A DNA stretch of 63,999 nucleotides, filler included, from Aduncisulcus paluster (taxonomy: Eukaryota): assembly GCA_024181965.1 (NCBI GenBank). It is 14 parts of 14 records of this genome, joined end to end, with 100 filler letters (N's around TTAATTAATTAA, not from the genome) between each part and the next. Parts side by side here need not be neighbours in the genome. Positions count along the whole stretch, not along the records: positions 1 to 5,168 come from BQXS01011865.1; positions 5,269 to 15,023 come from BQXS01011866.1; 12 more parts are not named here. One strand, written 5' to 3'. Shown piece by piece: positions 1 to 10,059 of the stretch. Numbering within the stretch: the stretch's first letter is position 1; every line of letters starts with the position of its first letter. The notes beneath the pieces were generated by a model. That model saw only the letters and a program-made list of their open reading frames with translations, made no database searches and was not told where the DNA came from. The position numbers and the translations under genes were made by a program.

Positions 1-2492
1 GTCGTAAAATCATCATTCAATACATTGTTCATATTCAGAACAGGGGGGATAGAGAACCCCAAGGAACTCAAGAAGGATGCATGTTGATGGAGTTCAAAAG
101 AACGATGACATTGTTCATTCATATGGGCACGAACTTGTGAGATGGCATCTTTGTATTGTTTATGTTTTGCCTTGAGATCTGAGATTGCAAGTGTAATCGA
201 CTCGGCATCATCTGTATCATCAGGATCCTCGCCAGGAAGTGAAGGGAGTGAAATGGAGAATTGGGAAGAAGTGGATGGTGAAGAGAGAGATTGGCTTCCT
301 TGGTCATGTTGTTCTAGGTCTTGCTCCTTTTCTTTCTGATCTCGTTGAATCTTATCAAGTTTCTTGGTCAGACTTGCAATATCATTCTTGATCACAACCA
401 TCTTGGCTGTGTTAATCCTCACGTACACTTTCATCTTTTCCATATTCTCGGCAATACACTTCATTTCAGTTGGACTTTGTTCGATCCTCGCAACACTCTT
501 ACGCATACTGCACAAGTCACGCACTCGAAGCACACAACAGCATGCAGTGAGATACATCTCTTCCTTCATTCGAAGATATGCAATCGCTTGCTCCAACGAA
601 CTCGTCTCATTCTTCAGACAATCAAGGAAGAAGGACTCGATATTAGGATTCACACGGATGGATTGAGGAGAACTCAAAGACAGGATGCTTGCAGAATCAC
701 TCAATTCACCGATCTCTTTCTTGCACTGATCGATCACATTATCCTCCACATCAACGATGGACATGTCAGCATCAAAACATGAGTCCGATTGCAGTTGTCC
801 ATTCAGTCGTGCCTCAAGGGATGTGAACTTGGAATCTGTCGTGGAGGCTTGTGAGTGACATTCCGATACCATCGATTGCAAGAACGATATATTCTTGTGA
901 ATGAACTCTTTTCGAGCACTCATTGTTTCTGTGAAGGCTGGGTGCAAGGTTGATCCACAAGATGATTGCAGTGATGAATGAAGGTTGGAGATGAGAGAAA
1001 GGATGGAATCATGTGATGTTGTGTTCTCATTCTTGATGGTTTTGTTCTGAGGGCTCTTCTGAGAGTGAGAGTGAGAAGGATGAGAATAAGAAGTGGAATC
1101 AACAGAATCAGTAATAGAGCCATCTTCACCACAATGAACATGGATAGAGGCTGAGTTGATACAGAAAGATATGGAAGAGAGGAATGGATCAGAATAATCT
1201 TTCCTTGAACACTCACTTGAACAGCCACTTGAACAGTCACTTTCTTTCTCTTTCTTCTCTTCCTCTTTCTCTCCATCAACTCCCTCTTCTTCACTCTTGA
1301 CACTTGATGATGACACTCCATTCAGAATCGAACTGACTTCACTCACAAAAGCTTCGAGATCAATGGTGCCAATTTGTTCAATTTCACCCCATGAATCATC
1401 CACAAGAAGATCCATATCAAAACAAGAGTGTTTCTCACTTTGACCATATTTAGAAACACATTCCTCAAATACTGATGCAACCTTATCGAATTGGACAAGA
1501 CATTCAGACAAAGGTTTGGATAGATGTTCACTCGATGTTATCAAAGATGATCGTGTGCAGACACTGTGGCCAGAAGAACCATGGGGCTGATCAAGACCAC
1601 TGAGATATTGTGAGAGGAATTGTAACAGGAATGAACACACAGATTCGTTGGCTTTGATCACATGTTCCATCCTTGATGAAGTGATACGAGAGCAGACACG
1701 AGAACACTCCGAACAGATGGCATTGATCTTGGATTCTAATAGTTCAGAAGAAATTGGCTCTGCAGGGAGTAAGGAGAGACATAACTCACGTAAATTGTGC
1801 AAGTCACGATATCCAGAAACATCAGGCATATGAATGGCATCCATGGCATTGTGAACATCTTCGTTCGCAAGCTGATCATTCGTGTACACAAGCATCGAGA
1901 GGAATCTCCACCGAGGAAGAGATGTCTGGTATAGATCCTCGGCAGCAAGGGAAGAGACGATCTGGCATGGAGAGTGGGAATCAACAGAGTCTTCATCATA
2001 CAGAGGGATTAATGTATCAAGATCGGGCATGAAGGATCGACGATGTTCTATCACTTGGTCATGTTCATCCTGCACTCGTTGAGCAACAGACACAGATTGT
2101 CCAGCAACTCGGACAGACAAAGCACTGAGTTCACTCTGGAGGGATGTGCAAGTACGTTCCAACATCGATCCTTGCTGATCAGAATGTTGACGATGTTGAC
2201 CAATGAGGGAAATGGTATCTTCAAGCTGTTTGGAATGACCATCAAGATCTGATCGATGTTCAGAGATTGTAGTCGTGTGTTTAGAGATTGTTGTTTGCAG
2301 CTGAGATGTGGTACTAAGAAGGCTTGCGATCTGTTCTGATTGTGCTCTGATCTGCTTGCTTTGGATTGTGATCTGCTTCTCTTGGGTTTCAATCTGTTTG
2401 GTTTGTGTTTTGCTCTGTTCTGAATGTTTTTGGATAATCTTGCTTGCTCTCGAATAACATCTTCTTGAGTGGTTACAGAACAAATAAGGGAG
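1..2492 (-). CDS. Long coiled-coil/helical protein, runs off the window edge; probably the C-terminal continuation of the gene starting at 3477
   Basis: Hand translation of most of this minus frame (about 2492-1200 and 210-1) shows no stop: ...IIQKHSEQSKTQTKQIETQEKQITIQSKQIRAQSEQIASLL... to ...SIPPVLNMNNVLNDDFT. It is absent from the ORF track, consistent with no stop inside the window. Heptad-like Q/E/I repeats. Confidence 0.8.
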
Positions 2493-2592
2493 TCAATTTG
2501 CCTCTGTTGTTTCTCTATAAGAGTTGCGATATGTTCGTCAACTTGATGCTTGAGTTCCTTCTCGAATTGATTATCTATGAAACGAATTCCCC

Positions 2593-3477
2593 CTATATCA
2601 TTCGAAATATACGCACCACCATGCCATTACCACCATGTCCACCATCCCAAGTTTCTTGAATAAGAATTTCACAAGATACGATATTGGGAAGATCTACAGG
2701 GAAAGAAACCCAGAAACACGTTTTTTCTGGATAGATTCCTTCGATAATATCGTATTTCTTGACAATCCTATTTCCAGAAGAGTCTGTGAATACAGCGTCA
2801 AATCGTTTAATTCCATGAGGATGATTGTGATTACAGATGCAGAACTCTCCAACATAATGAGGTGATGTAAATGGAATCAAGAGAAAAGGGAAGAAACAGA
2901 GGTATCCCTTTCCAGAAAAAAGATTTTCCAAATGAGATTGGCCATGTCCATTTATAAACCTGCAAGATGCTTTTGGAACATCTACCTTAATAACTTGAGA
3001 GTGACCAACAGGAAAGGGACCACAAAAGGCTTTGGAATCGTAATTAACTGAGCCAATATCTATTATGTATTTCCCATGAATACATGGTTGATTAATGAGT
3101 TGAAAGTCCTTCGTTAGAAGTCTAATTGAATAGAAGAAATTTCTTCCTTGAGGAGCAGAAGAAGCTGGCTGCCCAGCCCAACATTTGAGTAATTCGAGCT
3201 CACATTGCACAATATCATCAAGATCAACAGGGAAAATCTGCCAAAAGAATTTCCCATGGAGCTTTTCAAAGTCATCAAATTGATATTCCTTGACAAAACC
3301 TTGCATGCCAGTTCCACCCTTATGTTTGTCAACCGAAGCAAGCTCTTCATCTATTTTAACAAGTTCTGAAGGATGGATAGGGAATGGATCAGAATAGAGA
3401 TGCGGTGCTCCAGCATAAGAATTGTTTTTCTTTGAAGTATAGTTATAACGAAGCAATTTCCCGATTATTTTTACCAT
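2593..3477 (-). CDS. Lineage-specific beta-sandwich-like domain family protein (two domain copies, first internally truncated)
   Basis: ATG at 3477 (MVKIIGK). Motifs LxIPFTSP...GIKRFDAVFTDSSG...KKY...FWVSFPVDLPNIVSCEI are shared with ORFs 3714-4940, 27046-28063 and 42737-43234. Confidence 0.75.
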   Translation of the reverse strand: MVKIIGKLLRYNYTSKKNNSYAGAPHLYSDPFPIHPSELVKIDEELASVDKHKGGTGMQGFVKEYQFDDFEKLHGKFFWQIFPVDLDDIVQCELELLKCWAGQPASSAPQGRNFFYSIRLLTKDFQLINQPCIHGKYIIDIGSVNYDSKAFCGPFPVGHSQVIKVDVPKASCRFINGHGQSHLENLFSGKGYLCFFPFLLIPFTSPHYVGEFCICNHNHPHGIKRFDAVFTDSSGNRIVKKYDIIEGIYPEKTCFWVSFPVDLPNIVSCEILIQETWDGGHGGNGMVVRIFRMI

Positions 3478-3713
3478 TACGGGGCAAATATATGAATATA
3501 TCAAAAATAATGAATATAATATGTTGCCAAAATAGTAAAATTGTGTGTGTGTGTGTGTGACGAAAACATAAAACAACTTGTTTTAAAAATGCATTATGTC
3601 TTCCAATGATTTGAATCAATGGATTGCTGAAGTGACAACGAATTTGCTTAATAGACATGATAGACATACGATTCTATTAATAATTTATTACTCTAAATGT
3701 TTAGTCATCGATA

Positions 3714-4940
3714 TTACTCATATTCATCTTCTTCTTCGTCTTCCTCTTCCTCTTCCTCTTCCTCTTCTTCGCTCACATCATCTCCTTTGGAAAGTTCCCA
3801 TGGAAGTAGTGATAATCGATTCCCAGCAACGATTTCCCGTGGCATAGTAAAAATGAGAGAATAAATGCAGAAAGTTCGACGATTCTTCTCCTCCCACTGT
3901 CCTTTCCCTTCAATCTCACACAACACAACGTTCAGTAAATCAATGGGGAGGAAATACCATTCATATTCATATTCGGGTTCAGAAAACTCATACTTTTTGG
4001 ATATCCTTGTGCCATTTGACAGGGTGAATGTAAAGAGAAGACAAGGAGAACTATGATCTTCATTCACACAGATATAAGCACCTTTCATGGGACTAGGCGA
4101 TGGGAAAGGGATGGAAAGATGGGATGTGAATAGAAACTCTTCCATGCTGATATCGGGCTCCACCTTCAACATTTGCTGAACGTCTAAACTCACGTCATAC
4201 CACCGAGATTCCTGGCAATACGAATCATCTTTTCCTTTCACCATTGAGAGTGAAGGTGCAATTATGGTGGGATCATCGCATGGAATAGGCATGGAATATC
4301 TCTTATAGGCCTCACTATCGCCTTCCCGAACAAACTCTGGTTTCTCAACAATAGCTTCGGACCAGAGTTTCTCTCGAGCAGTCTCTCGGCTTTTACGAGC
4401 TACAATCTCTTCGGGGGTTTCTTCTCGAAAGAAAGCAAGTGATTTGATATTAAAATACTCTTTATCTCTTCCTTTTCCCGTAATTTCACACAAAACGACG
4501 TCAGAAAGATCAACAGGAAGGGAAAACCAAGCCCATTCTTCAAATTCAGGCAATTCATACTTTTTGATTGTTGTTTCTTTCTTTGAAGACGTGAAGGCGA
4601 AGATGAGAGATTTAGGAGGCGAATTATAGCGTTCTAAACAGATCAAAACACCTTTTATGGGGACGGGGGAAGAGAAAGGGATAGATATATTGGTAAAGTA
4701 GTAAAAACATTGCCCTTTAATCATATCTTGAGCTTTAGAACTCCGATCATATTCGACGTGACCTTTTTTCCTGGTTGTATCACTTGCTTTGATATTTGGA
4801 AAATCTGGTTTCGTAAAAATGGGAGAATCTCTTGGAATTGAGAGGCAGTCAGCGTCTCCTTGTTGAAAAAACTCAGCCTTCACTATTTGAACATCAAATT
4901 CAGGGCATTCATCGGAACGCGTGGATGTTGGTGAACTCAT
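3714..4940 (-). CDS. Same lineage-specific family; two tandem domains plus acidic tail
   Basis: 408-aa ORF with an internal duplication (ISIPFSSPVPIKGVLIC...WFSLPVDLSDVVLCEI / LSIPFPSPSPMKGAYIC...WYFLPIDLLNVVLCEI). C-terminal RLSLLPW followed by poly-E. Confidence 0.85.
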   Translation of the reverse strand: MSSPTSTRSDECPEFDVQIVKAEFFQQGDADCLSIPRDSPIFTKPDFPNIKASDTTRKKGHVEYDRSSKAQDMIKGQCFYYFTNISIPFSSPVPIKGVLICLERYNSPPKSLIFAFTSSKKETTIKKYELPEFEEWAWFSLPVDLSDVVLCEITGKGRDKEYFNIKSLAFFREETPEEIVARKSRETAREKLWSEAIVEKPEFVREGDSEAYKRYSMPIPCDDPTIIAPSLSMVKGKDDSYCQESRWYDVSLDVQQMLKVEPDISMEEFLFTSHLSIPFPSPSPMKGAYICVNEDHSSPCLLFTFTLSNGTRISKKYEFSEPEYEYEWYFLPIDLLNVVLCEIEGKGQWEEKNRRTFCIYSLIFTMPREIVAGNRLSLLPWELSKGDDVSEEEEEEEEEEDEEEDEYE

Positions 4941-5168
4941 TCACTGTAGAAAACGTCAGAAGGAACAGAAGAGACATCAGGATTGTAAGAAGGAGTATTA
5001 TCGATGGTGCATTAAAAAAACGACCACATCAGACTAAACTCAAGAAAATATTTAACATACAATGGGAAAAAAACCTGTCTACAAAGCAAAACGTGAGCAA
5101 GAAAAGATTTTATCATCTTTAGACCAAATGCATCGACATCATTTAGAAAGATGTAAGATATTTCGAAA

Positions 5169-5268
5169 NNNNNNNNNNNNNNNNNNNNNNNNNNNNNNNN
5201 NNNNNNNNNNNNTTAATTAATTAANNNNNNNNNNNNNNNNNNNNNNNNNNNNNNNNNNNNNNNNNNNN
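5169..5268. other. Artificial contig linker N44-TTAATTAATTAA-N44 (first of 13)
   Basis: Identical 100-nt linkers with stops in all six frames also occur at 15024, 20749, 23558, 26946, 29105, 32054, 37842, 40147, 42134, 43909, 46044 and 62330. Confidence 0.99.
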
Positions 5269-6268
5269 TATCAACCACGGGTAGAGCGTGTGTCTGTTCT
5301 TCTTCCATCTCAGAGAAAGGCGGTTCTCCAAAGATACACAGTATAAGGACACCGAGGGAGAACACGTCTGTCGAGCTTCCACATGCACCTGTCGATATAA
5401 GTTCTGGGGCCGAGAAACGAAGAGGTGGGAGGCACAAATATCCACTTCTTGTCATTGGTGAATAAAAGGATGTGGAATTGGCAGCTGCAAGAGAAGCAGA
5501 GCTGATGATTGAACCTGATGCGGTCGAAGAGGAAGAGGAAGAGGAAGAGGAAGAGGAAGAGGAAGAGGTACCAGGAGATACATGTTTTTGTTGAATGAAT
5601 GAATATCGTAGACTTGAGTCATAACACATTGTGGGAATATGGATACTTTCAGTTGCAAATAGCGAAATGGATTGCTTTGACATGTCAAGGACAGGTTTCA
5701 TGACTGTGGAAGCTCCAAATACAGTTGATAGATCATCATGGGAACTCCCACCAGCCATCGCAGTTGTCAGAGAAGATCCCATGATAGATTGACCTCTGTA
5801 ATCGGAAGTGATGGTTATAGATGGATCTTCAATGCGAGAAGGAGTCATTCTTGAGGTGTTCGATGATGATGATGAAGAAGAAGAAGAAGAAGTATTGTGA
5901 TGAGTCTCAACAATGTGTTCGAACCCACCGAGCTTCCATTGTCCCTCTGATTTGGTAGTAAAGACACAATGTGTTCCAACTCCACAATGAACAGTTCCTC
6001 TCTGGCTGTGAAGGTATGTGAGAGCATCGAGAACACATGAATATCCAGATATACACGAATCTAGAGAGAGTGAGGAAGAGGATGAGAATATCTCAGGGGG
6101 CAATACCCCGCCACTTTCACTGTCATGACACTCATAACAAATGGGAGCAAATCCAAGACAATAGTGAATATGGGCAAGAGAATGAACAACATGCTCAGAG
6201 ATAAAGCACATGCAATGTTGATTTTCTTGTAATCTGCGTAGCCTACACAATCTATTGATTAACTCCAA
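5269..6268 (-). CDS. SCY1-like (SCYL2/CVAK104-type) pseudokinase, partial
   Basis: LQENQHCMCFISEHVVHSLA, ALTYLHSQRGTVHCGV, GQWKLGGFE, PPLRFSAPE and TDVFSLGVLI match SCY1-family kinase-like subdomains, with no HRD or DFG. The 3' end is cut by the linker and the 5' start is unclear. Confidence 0.75.
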
Positions 6269-6526
6269 GAGCAGACCAATCAGCGGTTATTAACCGTTCT
6301 ATTTCCTCGACTATTTCGAAAAGAAGGCAAAAAATAAAACATAAAATATCACATCCAAGCAAATTATTCCAAAAACAACCATAAATTATCCAATCAACAT
6401 ACGTTTTTTCGTTTCATCGAGAGAAATCTCAATTACTGGATCTGGTTGAACTTCAACAGAATCATAATAGCCTAAATTATATAATAAGACATCATCTAAA
6501 TGGATAGCATCAAATAAATCTGACAT
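6252..6526 (-). CDS. Small spliced gene (60 aa), possible Apc13/Swm1-like protein; exons 6526-6403 and 6310-6252
   Basis: A T-rich 92-nt intron GTATGT(6402)...TAG(6311) joins in frame to give MSDLFDAIHLDDVLLYNLGYYDSVEVQPDPVIEISLDETKKLEEIERLITADWSALGVNQ*. The Apc13 similarity is judged by eye. Confidence 0.55.
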
Positions 6527-6771
6527 GGTAAATTACTTAGGAGTACAAATCAAAAACTTTTGTTATCTTTCTTCATGATCAAAAAATACTTTATACAGCA
6601 ATGAAATCAACAAAATAATCTAACAAAATATAATAAAAAATGATTTTATTATTGGATAGTAACACAGAACTATGAAAACGAAATATCGATCAAAAACAAC
6701 ATCTCACCTTTTCTCGATTGAATAGCTGCAAATAGAATTGCCAATTAACCTTATTGTATCGTTGGTTACAA

Positions 6772-9757
6772 TTATTCTTGAGCTTCACTCATTCCCCTCA
6801 ACAATTCCAAGGTTTCTCTTGCATTTTCCCTCACCTGCTTCTCAACTCGCTTTACACGACCGGTAAGACGTTCGACATACTCGGCACTGGCCGAATGTCT
6901 CCTCAGGTGTGCCAACTCATCATCGATTTCCCCATGAATCTTCTTGACCATTCCTTGAAGTCCCTTGACCACTTCCTCGAGGGCAACCCCTTGTTTATGG
7001 GTAGAATCGGCCACAGCGCTCTGTACATACTGCTCAAGACCACTGAAACGAGATGAAACTTCTTCTTCGAGGCGGTCGAGAGAGGCGGCAACTGCGATAG
7101 CCTCTGTACAAGGCTCATCCGAGCTGCGACCTTTGCCGGAAGATAGAGTTCTTCTAGATCTTGACAGAGATGAAGAGGTTGACCCAAGATCATCCTCATC
7201 TTCAAAGATAATCTCCTTCAAGGATTCCCTCACTTTCCCCAGCTCTCTCAGAAGGTCATCTGGTGTTGGCAACAAGACCAAAGAAGGAGTGTAATTCTTG
7301 ACTCCCTCGCCCCAAACTCCTCTACGACCCATGTCATCCTTCTCACGCTGTAAGTGGGACATGGTATCCAACTTATTCTGCGTGAGAGACAGAGTGTGGG
7401 TGAGAGTGGATAGAGTGGTTTCAACCTGAGAGAGTTTATCACCAAGGGAAGATATAGTCACGTCATGCGAGAGTGGCACAACTGGGCGAGAATACTCATC
7501 ATCATCGTCCTGGTGATCAACTGCATGACCACTGGCATTACCAAAGCCATGTTGGCCTTCAGCATCGTCTTCTGCACGGGAGGCAAGCCCAACGTTAACG
7601 GAAGCATCCTCGACAGCTCCTAATCTTCTCTCAAGCTTGTTAAGACGAGTGTCCATCTCTGAGACAGAAACTCTGAGAGTGTCAACAAGATGCTCGGTGC
7701 TTGACAACCTTGATGCCAAACGCTGACGCTGGGTGTGCTCTTGAGTACGACTCTTAATAAGCTGTCTGACGGTATCTTCGAGCAATAGCAGACGTTGTTG
7801 CGTAGGTTCGTCGAGGGTACGGCCAACCTTTTCGCCAGATACACCGCCAAAGTTATGAGTGAAATCACTGCTCATTTGAATAGAAGTCGAAGTGTGACCA
7901 CCAGAGGGAGAGGAAGAGGAAGAGGAAGAGGAAGAGGAAGAACCTGATGGTGGATTATGATTGTGAGATGAAGAACCGACAGAAGGGACGGGTTGAATTG
8001 GGGATGGAACAGCATGGAGAGAGGAGGTGTGTTGGGGCTGAGTGGATTGTTCTGGAGTCTGGAAGGTCGCATCATCGTCATTGGTGACATCGCCAGAAAA
8101 CTTCACAGCAACATCTTCACGCTTGGGAGTCTCTTGTGCCTTGTGCATTTGAGCAGCACCATTGGAAGAATCNNNNNNNNNNNNNNNNNNNNCCAAAGTT
8201 ATGAGTGAAATCACTGCTCATTTGAATAGAAGTCGAAGTGTGACCACCAGAGGGAGAGGAAGAGGAAGAGGAAGAGGAAGAGGAAGAACCTGATGGTGGA
8301 TTATGATTGTGAGATGAAGAACCGACAGAAGGGACGGGTTGAATTGGGGATGGAACAGCATGGAGAGAGGAGGTGTGTTGGGGCTGAGTGGATTGTTCTG
8401 GAGTCTGGAAGGTCGCATCATCGTCATTGGTGACATCGCCAGAAAACTTCACAGCAACATCTTCACGCTTGGGAGTCTCTTGTGCCTTGTGCATTTGAGC
8501 AGCACCATTGGAAGAATCAGCAGGTGATGCTTGCTCACTGGATCCAAAAATAGCATCAAGAGCCACAGAGACGTCCTCTTCGACCTCCACCATGTCTTCG
8601 AGATTAACACATTCGGTCACAAAGAGAGCCCCCGACTGAGAGAGCAATTCTAACATTCCGACAATGCACGGGGCAGGTGTTTGTCCAAAGCCAATACAGA
8701 CAGCACTGAGTTTCTGACGGGTATGGGCAAGAATATTGGCCGTGGAAGAAGATAAGGAAACATCAACGGGAGAATAAGAGTCAATGGTTTTCTTTGTGTC
8801 GGAGGAACCATATTCGTCAATCCTGGAAATCAACGCGGCTACAAATTGATTGTATAAAATCTCATCACTCTCGACAACAATCCCTCCAACAGAAACATGA
8901 AGAATGGCACAATTACCACGTAAAACCTCGGAAAATATTCCTCTTATATGCTCATTTAATTTAATTTGTTGGATATCATTCAGTTCTGAAGGTCCAGAAA
9001 AAGAGGCGGAACTTAAACCCAAAGCAGCCTCTTCCTCATCAATTTCTTGATCCTTTGAATCACCACCTTCTAATTCCTCGCCATTTTTAACACAACCCAT
9101 AGCAATTACTCTAAGATTACGAGAAACATCGGTGATACGAAGAACACCAACGGCCTCTTCGATTCCATGATTAAGCTCTATTCCAGAGAGGTCTAATCTT
9201 CTAAGAGATGAAGTTGGAGAGGAAAAAGCACGTTTAAGAGCTCTAGAATCGAGGGAACATACAGCACCCCATTTCTCACGTTTCTGCTCTCCTAACAATA
9301 AATCTAAGAAATGATTGGTTGAAGCAAGAGTCAAAGCCATTGAAATGGCCTCATTTCCACTTACTCCATTGATTAAATTTTGCCGCATTGAGAGAGAAAT
9401 GGGGGATGTCTTCTTTACAATGGCTTCAAGGAGAATTTTCAATCCAACACCACTAATATTATTCTTTTCTAGGTCAATCGTAGAGATTTGAGTGTATTGT
9501 ATAGCTTCAGCAAGGTAGGCCATTCCATCATCGTCAATAGAATTATCACTCAAAGAGAGAGCCGAAAGATTTGGAAATGTCTGTCTTTTAAGTAAATTAC
9601 AAATATATTCAAGATCTTTGGAGGAAATAGATTTTCCAGAGAGGTCGAGAAAACTCATATGTTCACCTTCGGGTGATTGAGCTTGAATTTGTTGAATTTT
9701 CTGCACTATCCCATTCTGAGAAGGACTCACAATAGCAGAAGGTATTGAAGTTTCCAT
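6772..9757 (-). CDS. RNI-type leucine-rich repeat protein with C-terminal coiled coil (one gene split by a gap artefact)
   Basis: LSALSLSDNSIDDDGMAYLAEAI and ISTIDLEKNNISGVGLKILLEAI are RI-like LRRs. ORFs 8117-9757 and 6772-8214 share a duplicated segment (346-nt offset) around the 20-N gap at 8173-8192. Confidence 0.8.
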
Positions 9758-10059
9758 GTAGGGTATGATGGTGGGTCAAAACAGGATTATCCACGTTGGT
9801 TCAAGTTTTTTTAACAACATGCTGTAAAAGAAGCCAACCATTCGCAAAATTTATTCAAAAAATAAATTTTGAATTCATTCTGTGTATAAAACCGATTGTG
9901 CTATGACATTGTGCTGGTTTAGCCTATCTTGGCTATTAGAAAGAAAAATAGTATTTAATTATGTAAATATCACTATTTACCCTATAAATACTATATTTTT
10001 CTCTCAAACCAATCCAATTAGTTGGAAAAATCGAATAATTTTTTTTTTTCGACAACACT

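Noticed and set aside
119..2392. Many short ORFs suggesting stop-codon reassignment or a retroelement
   Set aside because: They are shadows of one open minus-strand frame. Genes elsewhere end in TAA, TAG and TGA, so the code is standard (no hexamitid TAR=Gln).
3542..3559. (TG)n microsatellite and the ORF extension to 3576
   Set aside because: Ordinary short microsatellite in the upstream region; the family-conserved start is the ATG at 3477.
7847..8518. Direct repeats flanking 20-N gaps (also 11001-11375, 17635-18012, 35261-35600, 60021-60746)
   Set aside because: Each is an unmerged contig overlap around a fixed 20-N gap, and collapsing it restores one ORF. The few mismatches are mostly near contig ends (error or heterozygosity).
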